From an uncultured Pseudomonadota bacterium (GTDB lineage: Bacteria > Myxococcota_A > Bradymonadia > Bradymonadales > GCA-2716585): 64,000 nt of DNA. The stretch spans positions 18,434-82,433 of the forward strand of contig CAKZKQ010000781.1 of assembly GCA_937123825.1 (NCBI GenBank). The letters run 5' to 3'. Of this stretch, positions 9,629-16,655 are shown in pieces. The notes beneath the pieces are model-generated. The model was not told the origin of the DNA. It did no database searches and saw only the letters and a list, made by a program, of their open reading frames with translations. The translations under genes were made by a program, and so were the position numbers. The first letter of the stretch is position 1. The number at the start of each line of letters is the position of its first letter.

Positions 9629-10494
9629 GAGGCGGCCTCCATGATGCTGCGCAGCCTGATCAACTCATCCTCAAGCTCACTCAAGGGCGGAAAGTTGCCG
9701 TCGCGCTCCAAAAGCACCGGCACATCACGGGGCAAGCGCTCCATGGTGTAGGCGAAGAGGTCGTAGACAGGATCGGCGATGGGCATCGCGTGCGTGTCCA
9801 ACAGAATGTCGGGGGCTTCCTGGAAGTGACCGGCCACGTGGATCTGAATCACGCGCTCCAGCGGCAACGCGTCGATGTAGTCCCTGGGCTCGAAGCCAAA
9901 GTTGAAGGCGTTGACGTAGACATTGTTGACGTCAAGCAAGAGCCCACAGTCCGCCTCTTCCAAGACGGCGGTGACAAACTCGGGCTCGGTCATCTCGCCG
10001 CCGGGCATGTCACCGTAAGCCGAGACATTCTCCACCGCCATGGGCAACTCCAGGAAGTCCTGAACCTGACGCACGCGCTGCGCAGTGCGCCGCACGGCCT
10101 CGCCGTTGAAAGGCAGCGGGAGCAACTCGTGGATCTCTGCGCCCGCGATGTGGGTCATGCACAGATGGTCGCTGTACCAACGCGCGCCGACCTCTTTGAG
10201 CATCGCTTTGACCTGGGTCAAAAGCTCCATCTGCATCGGGGCAAGACCCGCCAGGTCACCACAGAGACCGTGACACACCACCGGCCAGCGCTCTCTGGCG
10301 GCGTGCAGGAGCCGAGCGCGCCGACCCCCCACACCCACATAGTTTTCAGGGCAAACTTCAATAAAGCGGGCCTGGGACTGCGGCGCGCTGAGCATGGCGT
10401 CGGCCAAACCCAGGCGAAAGCCAAGCCCAACGCCTTCAATGGCGTCGATGGGTTGTGTCATGGTCCTCATCCAAAAGGGACTGGCGCCAACCAT
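9625..10494 (-). CDS. DUF692 / multinuclear non-heme iron oxidase (MNIO), HvfB/MbnB-like
   Basis: Family-typical blocks are VGLGFRLGL, FIEVCPENY, WPVVCHGL, WYSDHLC, LLPLPF, MAVENVSAY, GLLLDVNNVYVNAFNFGF and IHVAGH. The start is ambiguous (ATGs at 10494, 10470, 10461). Confidence 0.85.
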   Translation of the reverse strand: MVGASPFWMRTMTQPIDAIEGVGLGFRLGLADAMLSAPQSQARFIEVCPENYVGVGGRRARLLHAARERWPVVCHGLCGDLAGLAPMQMELLTQVKAMLKEVGARWYSDHLCMTHIAGAEIHELLPLPFNGEAVRRTAQRVRQVQDFLELPMAVENVSAYGDMPGGEMTEPEFVTAVLEEADCGLLLDVNNVYVNAFNFGFEPRDYIDALPLERVIQIHVAGHFQEAPDILLDTHAMPIADPVYDLFAYTMERLPRDVPVLLERDGNFPPLSELEDELIRLRSIMEAAS

Positions 10495-10590
10495 CCAAAG
10501 CGCTCAGGAGGGTCTGCGCCACACAGAAACGGCCGCCGCTCGGGTTGTGAGGGGCGACCGTTGATCAATCGGTGTTGTGGGGATGTGGTG

Positions 10591-10614
10591 GAGGCTCACC
10601 TCAAAGCGAGCCTC
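10591..10614 (-). promoter_or_regulatory. Hairpin in the 170-nt gap between the precursor gene and the MNIO gene (possible attenuator or partial terminator)
   Basis: gaggctc (10591-10597) and gagcctc (10608-10614) are perfect complements with a 10-nt loop. No strong U-tract. Confidence 0.25.
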
Positions 10615-10663
10615 TAAGGCGCGTGGAAGCTCACAAGCCCCCAACGGCGAGCCTCAAAGCGGC

Positions 10664-11008
10664 TCACCCGCCGCACTTGCCCTCACCGCATTTGCCTTCA
10701 CCGTCTTTCTCGGCACCGTCGGCGCCCTCTTCGGCTTTGTCACCACCGCACTTGCCTTCACCACACTTGCCCTCACCGCACTTGCCTTCGCCGTCTTTCT
10801 CGGCGCCATCGGCTGGCGCAGCGTCAGCGGGGGCGGAGGCGGGGGCTTTATCAGCAGGGGCGCTGGCCGGGGCGCTGGAGGGCGCGTCGGCGGGTTTGGC
10901 ATCAGCGGGCTTGGGGTCAGGCGTGGACGCGCATCCGGTGACGACCAGGGGAGTGGCCAGCAGAGCGATCGAAGAACCAAGGCTGATGAGGAATTTGTTG
11001 TGTTTCAT
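10664..11008 (-). CDS. RiPP precursor lipoprotein with five (E)GKCG repeats (HvfA-like)
   Basis: 114 aa. Signal plus lipobox (LATPLVVTGC). Pro/Ala-rich linker (PDPKPADAKPADAPSSAPASAPADKAPASAPADAAPA). Two repeat blocks, GEGKCGEGKCGEGKCGG and the C-terminal GEGKCGEGKCGG. It lies directly upstream of the DUF692 + DUF2063 genes. Confidence 0.8.
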   Translation of the reverse strand: MKHNKFLISLGSSIALLATPLVVTGCASTPDPKPADAKPADAPSSAPASAPADKAPASAPADAAPADGAEKDGEGKCGEGKCGEGKCGGDKAEEGADGAEKDGEGKCGEGKCGG

Positions 11009-11285
11009 GTTTGTCGGTCCCTATGAGATTTGAGGTACATGGCCCCAATTCAAACACCTGAAGCAAGCTCGGCCTGGCATAGTCGGAGTTGGTTCGGGTG
11101 ATGTGGGGCACTGCCAAGGAGCACATTACCACAAAAATGTTGTAATGCGATCCAAACGCGGTCGTCCGCTCAACAAAAACGGACGCTGTGCTGCGATCTG
11201 AGCCCCTCCACCACGGGATCATCTCTTCCCGTGGTGGGGGTTCTCACCACATGGTACGCACCAAACCAAAGAGCGTTTCATAAAA

Positions 11286-11358
11286 AGTCGCCGGAGGGAC
11301 TCGAACCCCCTTCCTCCTGCTTGAAAGGCAGGCGCTCGACCTGTTGAGCTTCAGCGAC
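11286..11358 (-). tRNA. tRNA-Glu(UUC), atypical body (A8; generic D-arm)
   Basis: The reverse complement folds as GUCGCUG-AA-GCUC-AACAGGUC-GAGC-G-CCUGC-CUUUCAA-GCAGG-AGGAA-GGGGG-UUCGAGU-CCCUC-CGGCGAC-U. It has U2:A71. No CCA is encoded. Confidence 0.7.
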
Positions 11359-11432
11359 CTGTTGCGCGCAGACATGCTATGCAAGACCGCATCGCACACT
11401 GTGCACACAAACCATCATACACCAGAACCCAC

Positions 11433-11505
11433 AGCCGCCGGAGGGGCTCGAACCCCCATAAACAGATTAGCCATCCGCTGCTCTGACCTGTTGAGCTACA
11501 GCGGC
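11433..11505 (-). tRNA. tRNA-like gene, isotype undetermined (class-I body, anticodon position reads GCU, G at position 33)
   Basis: Folds as GCCGCUG-UA-GCUC-AACAGGUCA-GAGC-A-GCGGA-UGGCUAA-UCUGU-UUAU-GGGGG-UUCGAGC-CCCUC-CGGCGGC-U. The anticodon stem has two G-U pairs. The variable region is 4 nt, so it is not a bacterial tRNA-Ser body. Confidence 0.5.
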
Positions 11506-11547
11506 GCAATGTGGAAGGGCTTTGGCGACGCTGCGCCAAAACATCCA

Positions 11548-11621
11548 AGCCGCCGGAAGGAATCGAACCCCCAACCTATGGTTCCGAAGACCATCGCTCT
11601 GTCCTGTTGAGCTACAGCGGC
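11548..11621 (-). tRNA. tRNA-Arg(UCG)
   Basis: Folds as GCCGCUG-UA-GCUC-AACAGGACA-GAGC-G-AUGGU-CUUCGGA-ACCAU-AGGUU-GGGGG-UUCGAUU-CCUUC-CGGCGGC-U. A20 and C35 are present. Confidence 0.8.
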
Positions 11622-11684
11622 GCAGTATGTGTTGTATGCGCGCGAATCAGACGGCGCAGCGTTTGTCCCCACACACAGTGACAA

Positions 11685-11757
11685 AGCCGCCGGAGGGATT
11701 CGAACCCCCATAAGACGGTTTTGCAGACCGCCTGCCTTTCCTATCAGCCACAGCGGC
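11685..11757 (-). tRNA. tRNA-Cys(GCA)
   Basis: Acceptor GCCGCUG/CGGCGGC with discriminator U73. Anticodon arm GCGGU-CUGCAAA-ACCGU. T-arm GGGGG-UUCGAAU-CCCUC. The D-stem is irregular (about 3 bp). Confidence 0.75.
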
Positions 11758-11861
11758 GGGGCCCCTAAGCCATAAGCATTGGACAACGGCATTATATGGT
11801 CACGCTCTGGCCCTTCCACAAGACCTTCGCAGTGGCTTTGCCCCCCACCGGGAGCATTTCA

Positions 11862-12623
11862 TCAGAGGACAAAGGGGAAGATGGCGCGTCGCTGCGCCGG
11901 ATAGTCCTCAAAAGTCTCCCGATACCACCGGTGGTGGCTCAGAGCGCGGGGGACAAGGTTGGCGGCGGTGTAGATTGCGAAGGCCAATCCCCCAAGAGAC
12001 CACGACGCAAGGGCCCAACCGCACCATTCGAGCACTTCTCCAAGGTAGTTGGGGGCCGTCACCCACCGGTAAACGCCCCCTCGGGGGATCCTGTAGCCCG
12101 TTTCACCTGGCGCGCGGAGGTTGAAGAGGACATTGTCGGCGTGAACGTTGACGCCAAAGCCCACAAAGAAGACCAACGCCCCCAGAATAAAGCGTGGATC
12201 GTAGAGCCAATCGCTTTGATAGACTCCAAAGTGGCTTATCCAGCGCGCATTGACGTAGGCGTTGAGGACGTTGAAGCACACAGCCAGCGCTGCGACCAGG
12301 ACGGGCATGGTTTTGCCCTCCGATCGCATGCGAAAAGGGAATATGAAGGTCCTGTGAATGTAGTGCCACTGCCACATGCACAGCAAAACAAGCGGCGCGA
12401 GCCCCGCGCTGTGGTCTCCCATGGCAAAAATGGCAGCAAAGACCACCACTGCGGGGCTTTCCATGAGGATCCAGCCCAGACGAGCAGGAATGACAGGGCC
12501 CCAGCGACCCGGTTTGTGGTGTCTGCCATAGGGCGCCGTGATGAAAATCAGCGCGATGAAGGTCAGCGCGGCCAGAATGACCTCCAGCGCCACCATCGAT
12601 GTGTAGAAATGGCTCTCTGTCAC
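11862..12623 (-). CDS. 3-oxo-5-alpha-steroid 4-dehydrogenase (steroid 5-alpha-reductase) family membrane protein
   Basis: 253 aa, polytopic. The C-terminal family signature is RIPRGGVYRWVTAPNYLGEVLEWCGWALA ... HHRWY. Confidence 0.75.
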   Translation of the reverse strand: MTESHFYTSMVALEVILAALTFIALIFITAPYGRHHKPGRWGPVIPARLGWILMESPAVVVFAAIFAMGDHSAGLAPLVLLCMWQWHYIHRTFIFPFRMRSEGKTMPVLVAALAVCFNVLNAYVNARWISHFGVYQSDWLYDPRFILGALVFFVGFGVNVHADNVLFNLRAPGETGYRIPRGGVYRWVTAPNYLGEVLEWCGWALASWSLGGLAFAIYTAANLVPRALSHHRWYRETFEDYPAQRRAIFPFVL

Positions 12624-12627
12624 GCTT

Positions 12628-13158
12628 TCATTTCACCAGACACATGCCTTGGACGTTCATTTGCCGGGTTCCAACGACCGTGGGCTCGTTCAAAGTCCCT
12701 GTGACCTGCACAGTGAGCCCTCTTTTGGGCAAGGGACAACACACCAACGAGTCATCACCGCCGCAGGCCAACTGCGTGCCATCGACTGCGCCGTTCAAAT
12801 CGAGGTCTCCGAGTTCAGCAAAGCCTGGAGAGTCCGCGTTGTTGCTCATAAAGAAGCTGCCGCCGCATCCATTGCAGCAACTTTCGATGGGCGAACAGGC
12901 CAATTGGGTGCAAATGCCCGCAGTGGCCAGCAGTGGGCCTTGCACGGTGACGATCTGGTCGGCGACATCGCCCAGTTCAGCCAGTTCATCAAGGTTGATG
13001 ACCCCATCGGTGCCTGAAGCGCACGGTTGAAGCTCGATTTTGCTGGTGTTGCTGCACCCCCCGTTGTCTGCCAGGCACGGCTCGCCCAAACAACCCGACA
13101 CAAAAAGGGACAGGCCCCCCACCAGCAAACACACCGCCGTCCATATTCTGCTTTGCAC
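12628..13158 (-). CDS. Cys-rich lipoprotein, function unknown
   Basis: Signal plus lipobox (LSLFVSGC) and about 14 Cys. It ends 4 nt before the reductase-family gene start, so they likely form an operon. Confidence 0.55.
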   Translation of the reverse strand: MQSRIWTAVCLLVGGLSLFVSGCLGEPCLADNGGCSNTSKIELQPCASGTDGVINLDELAELGDVADQIVTVQGPLLATAGICTQLACSPIESCCNGCGGSFFMSNNADSPGFAELGDLDLNGAVDGTQLACGGDDSLVCCPLPKRGLTVQVTGTLNEPTVVGTRQMNVQGMCLVK

Positions 13159-13315
13159 TGTCTCTCCCCCTCACTTTATCGCAAGGCAAGCCGCCAAAGA
13201 TGGCTGCCGCCCACACTGGCTTTTGTGCTCAAAGAGAGAGTGTGACGAGCCAGCACAAAAAAATCCAACGCGGGCGTGCAAACCGCTGTTCAGGTTGGGA
13301 AAGGGGAAGGCGGTG

Positions 13316-13390
13316 CGCCGCTGGGGGGATTCGAACCCCCACCCTCGGAAATTATGAGTCTCCGCGCTCTGCCTTTGGAGCTACAGCGAC
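13316..13390 (-). tRNA. tRNA-Met(CAU) (elongator Met or Ile2; not initiator-like)
   Basis: Folds as GUCGCUG-UA-GCUC-CAAAGGCA-GAGC-..-GGAGA-CUCAUAA-UUUCC-..-GGGGG-UUCGAAU-CCCCC-CAGCGGC-G. It shares the scaffold of the 11.3-11.8 kb array. Confidence 0.75.
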
Positions 13391-13474
13391 GCGCCGCCAT
13401 CATCACGCGCACATCTGTTGGAGTCCAGCGCGGGTTTCCAGCACGGGGCTTCAGCGAGGGGCTTGGCGCAGAGT

Positions 13475-16400
13475 TCAACGCGGGCGGATGTAGCGGGCAA
13501 AGGGTTGATTGTGGAGGTAGACCTCGTCTCCAAAGCGGCGCATGGCCTGCTGTGCTTGTGCGTCCATGGTTGGGCGCCGCAGGACCTGGAGGTTGTGTTG
13601 GAGCTGCGCCAACGTCTCGGGCGCAGAGAGGCAGGCAGAGACCCCCGGCTGACTGAGCACATACCGGTAGGCGTCGGCGGCCGAGGGAGGCGCGGGGGCC
13701 TGGGGGTGCGGGCGCTGGAGCATGCGGCCGTAGCAAAGGTTGGAGAAGGACACCAATCCCGCCCCGTGGCGGAGCACGGCGGGCAAGACCTGACGCTCCA
13801 CGCCACGGTGGGCGGCGTTGTGCCGGATCATGATCAGGCGCCAACCTTGCTCCAGCGCCTCCAATGCCAAAGAGCGCTGGTGGGTGGAGATGCCGTAGGT
13901 GCCAATGAGCCCTTCGGCCTTGAGGTCCTCCAGGTCCTGCATCAACGGCGCGCGCAAACGGCCACTTGAGCGCACCCAGAAGATCAAGAAGACCGGCAAG
14001 ACATCGAGCCTCAACCGCTCAAGCACATGCTCAATGTCCCGGCGCAGCTCATCGGCCGTGGTCCCCATCGAGCCCGACATCACCACCAGATCACTGCGGC
14101 GCTGCGGCTCAATATGCCTGAAGAAGCGGGTCATGCCGTTGTAGGGCGGCTCCCAGAAGAAGAAGTTGCACCCGGCCTCCGCGGCCTGCGCAAAACCCTC
14201 GGCGGACAACCCGTAGTGCCCCGTCACCCCCATGGGCGTGACCCAGGGCCCCTGGGGACACAGTTGACGCATGCCCGCAGGCGCTTCAGAAGGCCAAAGC
14301 ACCGCTCGATCACGCGAAACAAGCGACGACACCGAGATCGCCTTGGATGACGGCACCAAATCGCCCAGCGGCCGCCGAACCCACCGGGCCACCGCACGCA
14401 ACACTCGCCAGGAGGTCTCCAAATCCGGCTGCGCCCAGACCTCACGGGCCCGATCCAGGGTCAGTGCGGCCTCTCGCACCCTGTGGTCGTGATCTTCCTG
14501 CAACAAAAACAGCTCGGGGCATGAGTGGGCGTTGGCGTTGAACCAGTCGGCGGCCAATTTGCGCACCTTCCAAGCCCCATCTCGGGCCATGTCCTGCCAA
14601 AATGCCATCGTTTGGACCCCATGGGGCGCCGACGCCAAGGATCTGCACAACGCCAAACGCAGTTCGACATGCCCACAGGCCTTTTTTGACACCCATGAGA
14701 GGTCAACAAGGAGCGCATTGAGAGAAAGAGACCCGAGACAGCGCGCCAATCCCTGCGCCGAGAGCCCTTTGCGCGCCTTTTGCCACTCGGCGACCTCCTC
14801 ATCCCCCTCTAAATCGTGGAGAACAAGCCCCATCGCCCTCGATCTAATGTCCTCCACGGGGTGTTCGAGGAGCGCCCGCGCCAACAAGCGCGTCTCGTCA
14901 TCGACTTCAACGCCCAAAAGGTGGTCCAAGGCCCACAACAATGCCCCTTTGGAGGGCCGGACAGCGAGGACCTCGCGCGCCAGCGCAGCGCGGCGCGACG
15001 CCGTCAGCATGGACAAGAGCTTCAGCACCCTCCCAGGGCGCCTCCTGGTGTCACCAAACACCTCCAAAACCGCCGCCAGCATCGACGTCGAACCCCATTT
15101 CACCAAATGGTTCGTCGCCGCCCTTGCCACGCGGTCATCCGAGTGGTCCAGGAGCCCCACACAAAGCCCCACATCGCGCCTCGCGTCGTCCTTACACAAG
15201 GCGCCAAGGTTCAAATGCAGCACCGCCGGGTCATCGTCCCACCACGGCGCACCATAAGCGGGCAGTGATGGGGACTGCGGCGCTGGAAACCGGGTCAAAA
15301 AGCCTTCGCGCTGGGCCGCTGGGGTCAAATGAAAGCGGACATAGCGCGCTGTGGCTCTATAAAGGGGCGTGCTCTGCTGCGATTCGTCGAGTCTGGCCAC
15401 CACATCGGCGACATTGTCAGGCTCAGACCTCACCCACTCGATCACAAACGTCGCCGCCGCATGGCGAACTCGCCAGAGCGGATCATCAAAGGCCTCAAAA
15501 AGGAGCCATCGCCACGATTCAGGTCCCCTGAACCAGGCCTCGACGATGGTTCTGCGCACCAACCAGGCCGATTCGAGACAAAAAAGGCGCCGAAGGAGAT
15601 CTCCCAGGCCCTCGTGAGGCACACGGACAAGCGATCGAATGGACTCCTGACGCACAGAGAGGGCCGGATGGTGGCCCGCAGCGTCGATCAACGCGTTGCT
15701 CGCCACCTTGGCCTCACTGCCTGCCAACAAAGACGCCGCCTCCAAAGCCCCGCTCAACGATCGCTCGGGCTCAAGGAGGTCACACAAGCCCTCCACAACC
15801 CCCTGCGGCAAGGTTTCCAGGGCTTTGAGCCGCTCGATCGTCGCCAAGACCGTCTCTTTGCGGACCAAACCATGGGCGAGCACCCGCGCTTGGGCGCCGT
15901 TTGGGTTGAGGGGAACACTTTCCACCGGCGCACTGGCGGTTCCCTGACTGTCCAACACCGCACCGGGGCCCAACAAGCGCTCCGAGGCCGCCAGGACATC
16001 AGGGTGTTCTTCGAGCTTGAGCGCCAAACGGATGGATGCTTTGGGGACGAGCGCCCCCAGACGCCCCAAGGACCACAGCGCGCTGCGGCGAACCTCCCAG
16101 TGCGGATCCTGCGCCACCGAGCGCAAGAGCGCCTCAGGGGACGACTTCAAACGGCCCAGCGTCACCACCGCCGACTGGCGCACCTTCCACTGCCCGTCCC
16201 CAGCCGCCAACGCCACCAACGCCCCCACGCTCTCGATGGCCTGTGGACCACACTGGCCCAAACCACGGGCCGCCGCCGCGCGGGCATCTGGATGCGCGGC
16301 CTCCCGGGCATTTTCCAGACGCACCACCGAGCGCAGTTGACCCAGCGCCCAGGCGGCGGCCTTGCGCTGGCTCCAACGCTGGCTGTGACGCAACCACCAC

Positions 16401-16651
16401 CCAAGCGACGGACCCAAGACACCGTCCCCCAAAGACTGCACGCGACGCAGCGCCCCCTCGCGCCCCGGCCCCACCACCGCCTGGGTCAACCACTGCGGGG
16501 TCTGCGCCGGGATGTGACGCGCCATCAAAGCCTGGGCGCGGCGCTGCAACTGAGGTTCTGCACCAAAAAGGATTTCAAAGAGGAGTCGCCCCAGGGTCTC
16601 TTGCGGCAACGCCTCGGCGCGCTCCCACTGGTCCAGGTCGGCAGGTGTCAT
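13475..16651 (-). CDS. HEAT-repeat protein fused to a C-terminal aldo/keto-reductase-like domain
   Basis: There are many HEAT/PBS-lyase-type units (DGQWKVRQSAVVTLGRL, DPHWEVRRSALWSLGRLG, DPLWRVRHAAATFV, DDRVARAATNHL, DGAWKVRKLAADW, DHDHRVREAALTL). The last ~300 aa are AKR-like (GCNFFFWEPPYNG ... LKAEGLIGTYGISTH ... IMIRHNAAH ... GAGLVSFSNLCYGRML). I chose the ATG at 16651, 4 nt after the upstream stop. A TTG at 16705 is an alternative. Confidence 0.6.
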   Translation of the reverse strand: MTPADLDQWERAEALPQETLGRLLFEILFGAEPQLQRRAQALMARHIPAQTPQWLTQAVVGPGREGALRRVQSLGDGVLGPSLGWWLRHSQRWSQRKAAAWALGQLRSVVRLENAREAAHPDARAAAARGLGQCGPQAIESVGALVALAAGDGQWKVRQSAVVTLGRLKSSPEALLRSVAQDPHWEVRRSALWSLGRLGALVPKASIRLALKLEEHPDVLAASERLLGPGAVLDSQGTASAPVESVPLNPNGAQARVLAHGLVRKETVLATIERLKALETLPQGVVEGLCDLLEPERSLSGALEAASLLAGSEAKVASNALIDAAGHHPALSVRQESIRSLVRVPHEGLGDLLRRLFCLESAWLVRRTIVEAWFRGPESWRWLLFEAFDDPLWRVRHAAATFVIEWVRSEPDNVADVVARLDESQQSTPLYRATARYVRFHLTPAAQREGFLTRFPAPQSPSLPAYGAPWWDDDPAVLHLNLGALCKDDARRDVGLCVGLLDHSDDRVARAATNHLVKWGSTSMLAAVLEVFGDTRRRPGRVLKLLSMLTASRRAALAREVLAVRPSKGALLWALDHLLGVEVDDETRLLARALLEHPVEDIRSRAMGLVLHDLEGDEEVAEWQKARKGLSAQGLARCLGSLSLNALLVDLSWVSKKACGHVELRLALCRSLASAPHGVQTMAFWQDMARDGAWKVRKLAADWFNANAHSCPELFLLQEDHDHRVREAALTLDRAREVWAQPDLETSWRVLRAVARWVRRPLGDLVPSSKAISVSSLVSRDRAVLWPSEAPAGMRQLCPQGPWVTPMGVTGHYGLSAEGFAQAAEAGCNFFFWEPPYNGMTRFFRHIEPQRRSDLVVMSGSMGTTADELRRDIEHVLERLRLDVLPVFLIFWVRSSGRLRAPLMQDLEDLKAEGLIGTYGISTHQRSLALEALEQGWRLIMIRHNAAHRGVERQVLPAVLRHGAGLVSFSNLCYGRMLQRPHPQAPAPPSAADAYRYVLSQPGVSACLSAPETLAQLQHNLQVLRRPTMDAQAQQAMRRFGDEVYLHNQPFARYIRPR

Positions 16652-16655
16652 GGCA

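Noticed and set aside
10572-11033. Plus-strand ORFs with PSPHLPSPHL repeats
   Set aside because: They are the mirror image of the minus-strand EGKCG repeat gene. The minus-strand gene has a signal peptide, a lipobox, an SD-like site and the expected DUF692/DUF2063 neighbours.
11286-13390. The tRNA array as part of a prophage or integrative element
   Set aside because: I found no integrase, excisionase, phage genes or flanking direct repeats of a tRNA 3' end in the window. Only two ordinary-looking membrane/lipoprotein genes lie between the array and the fifth scaffold-sharing tRNA.
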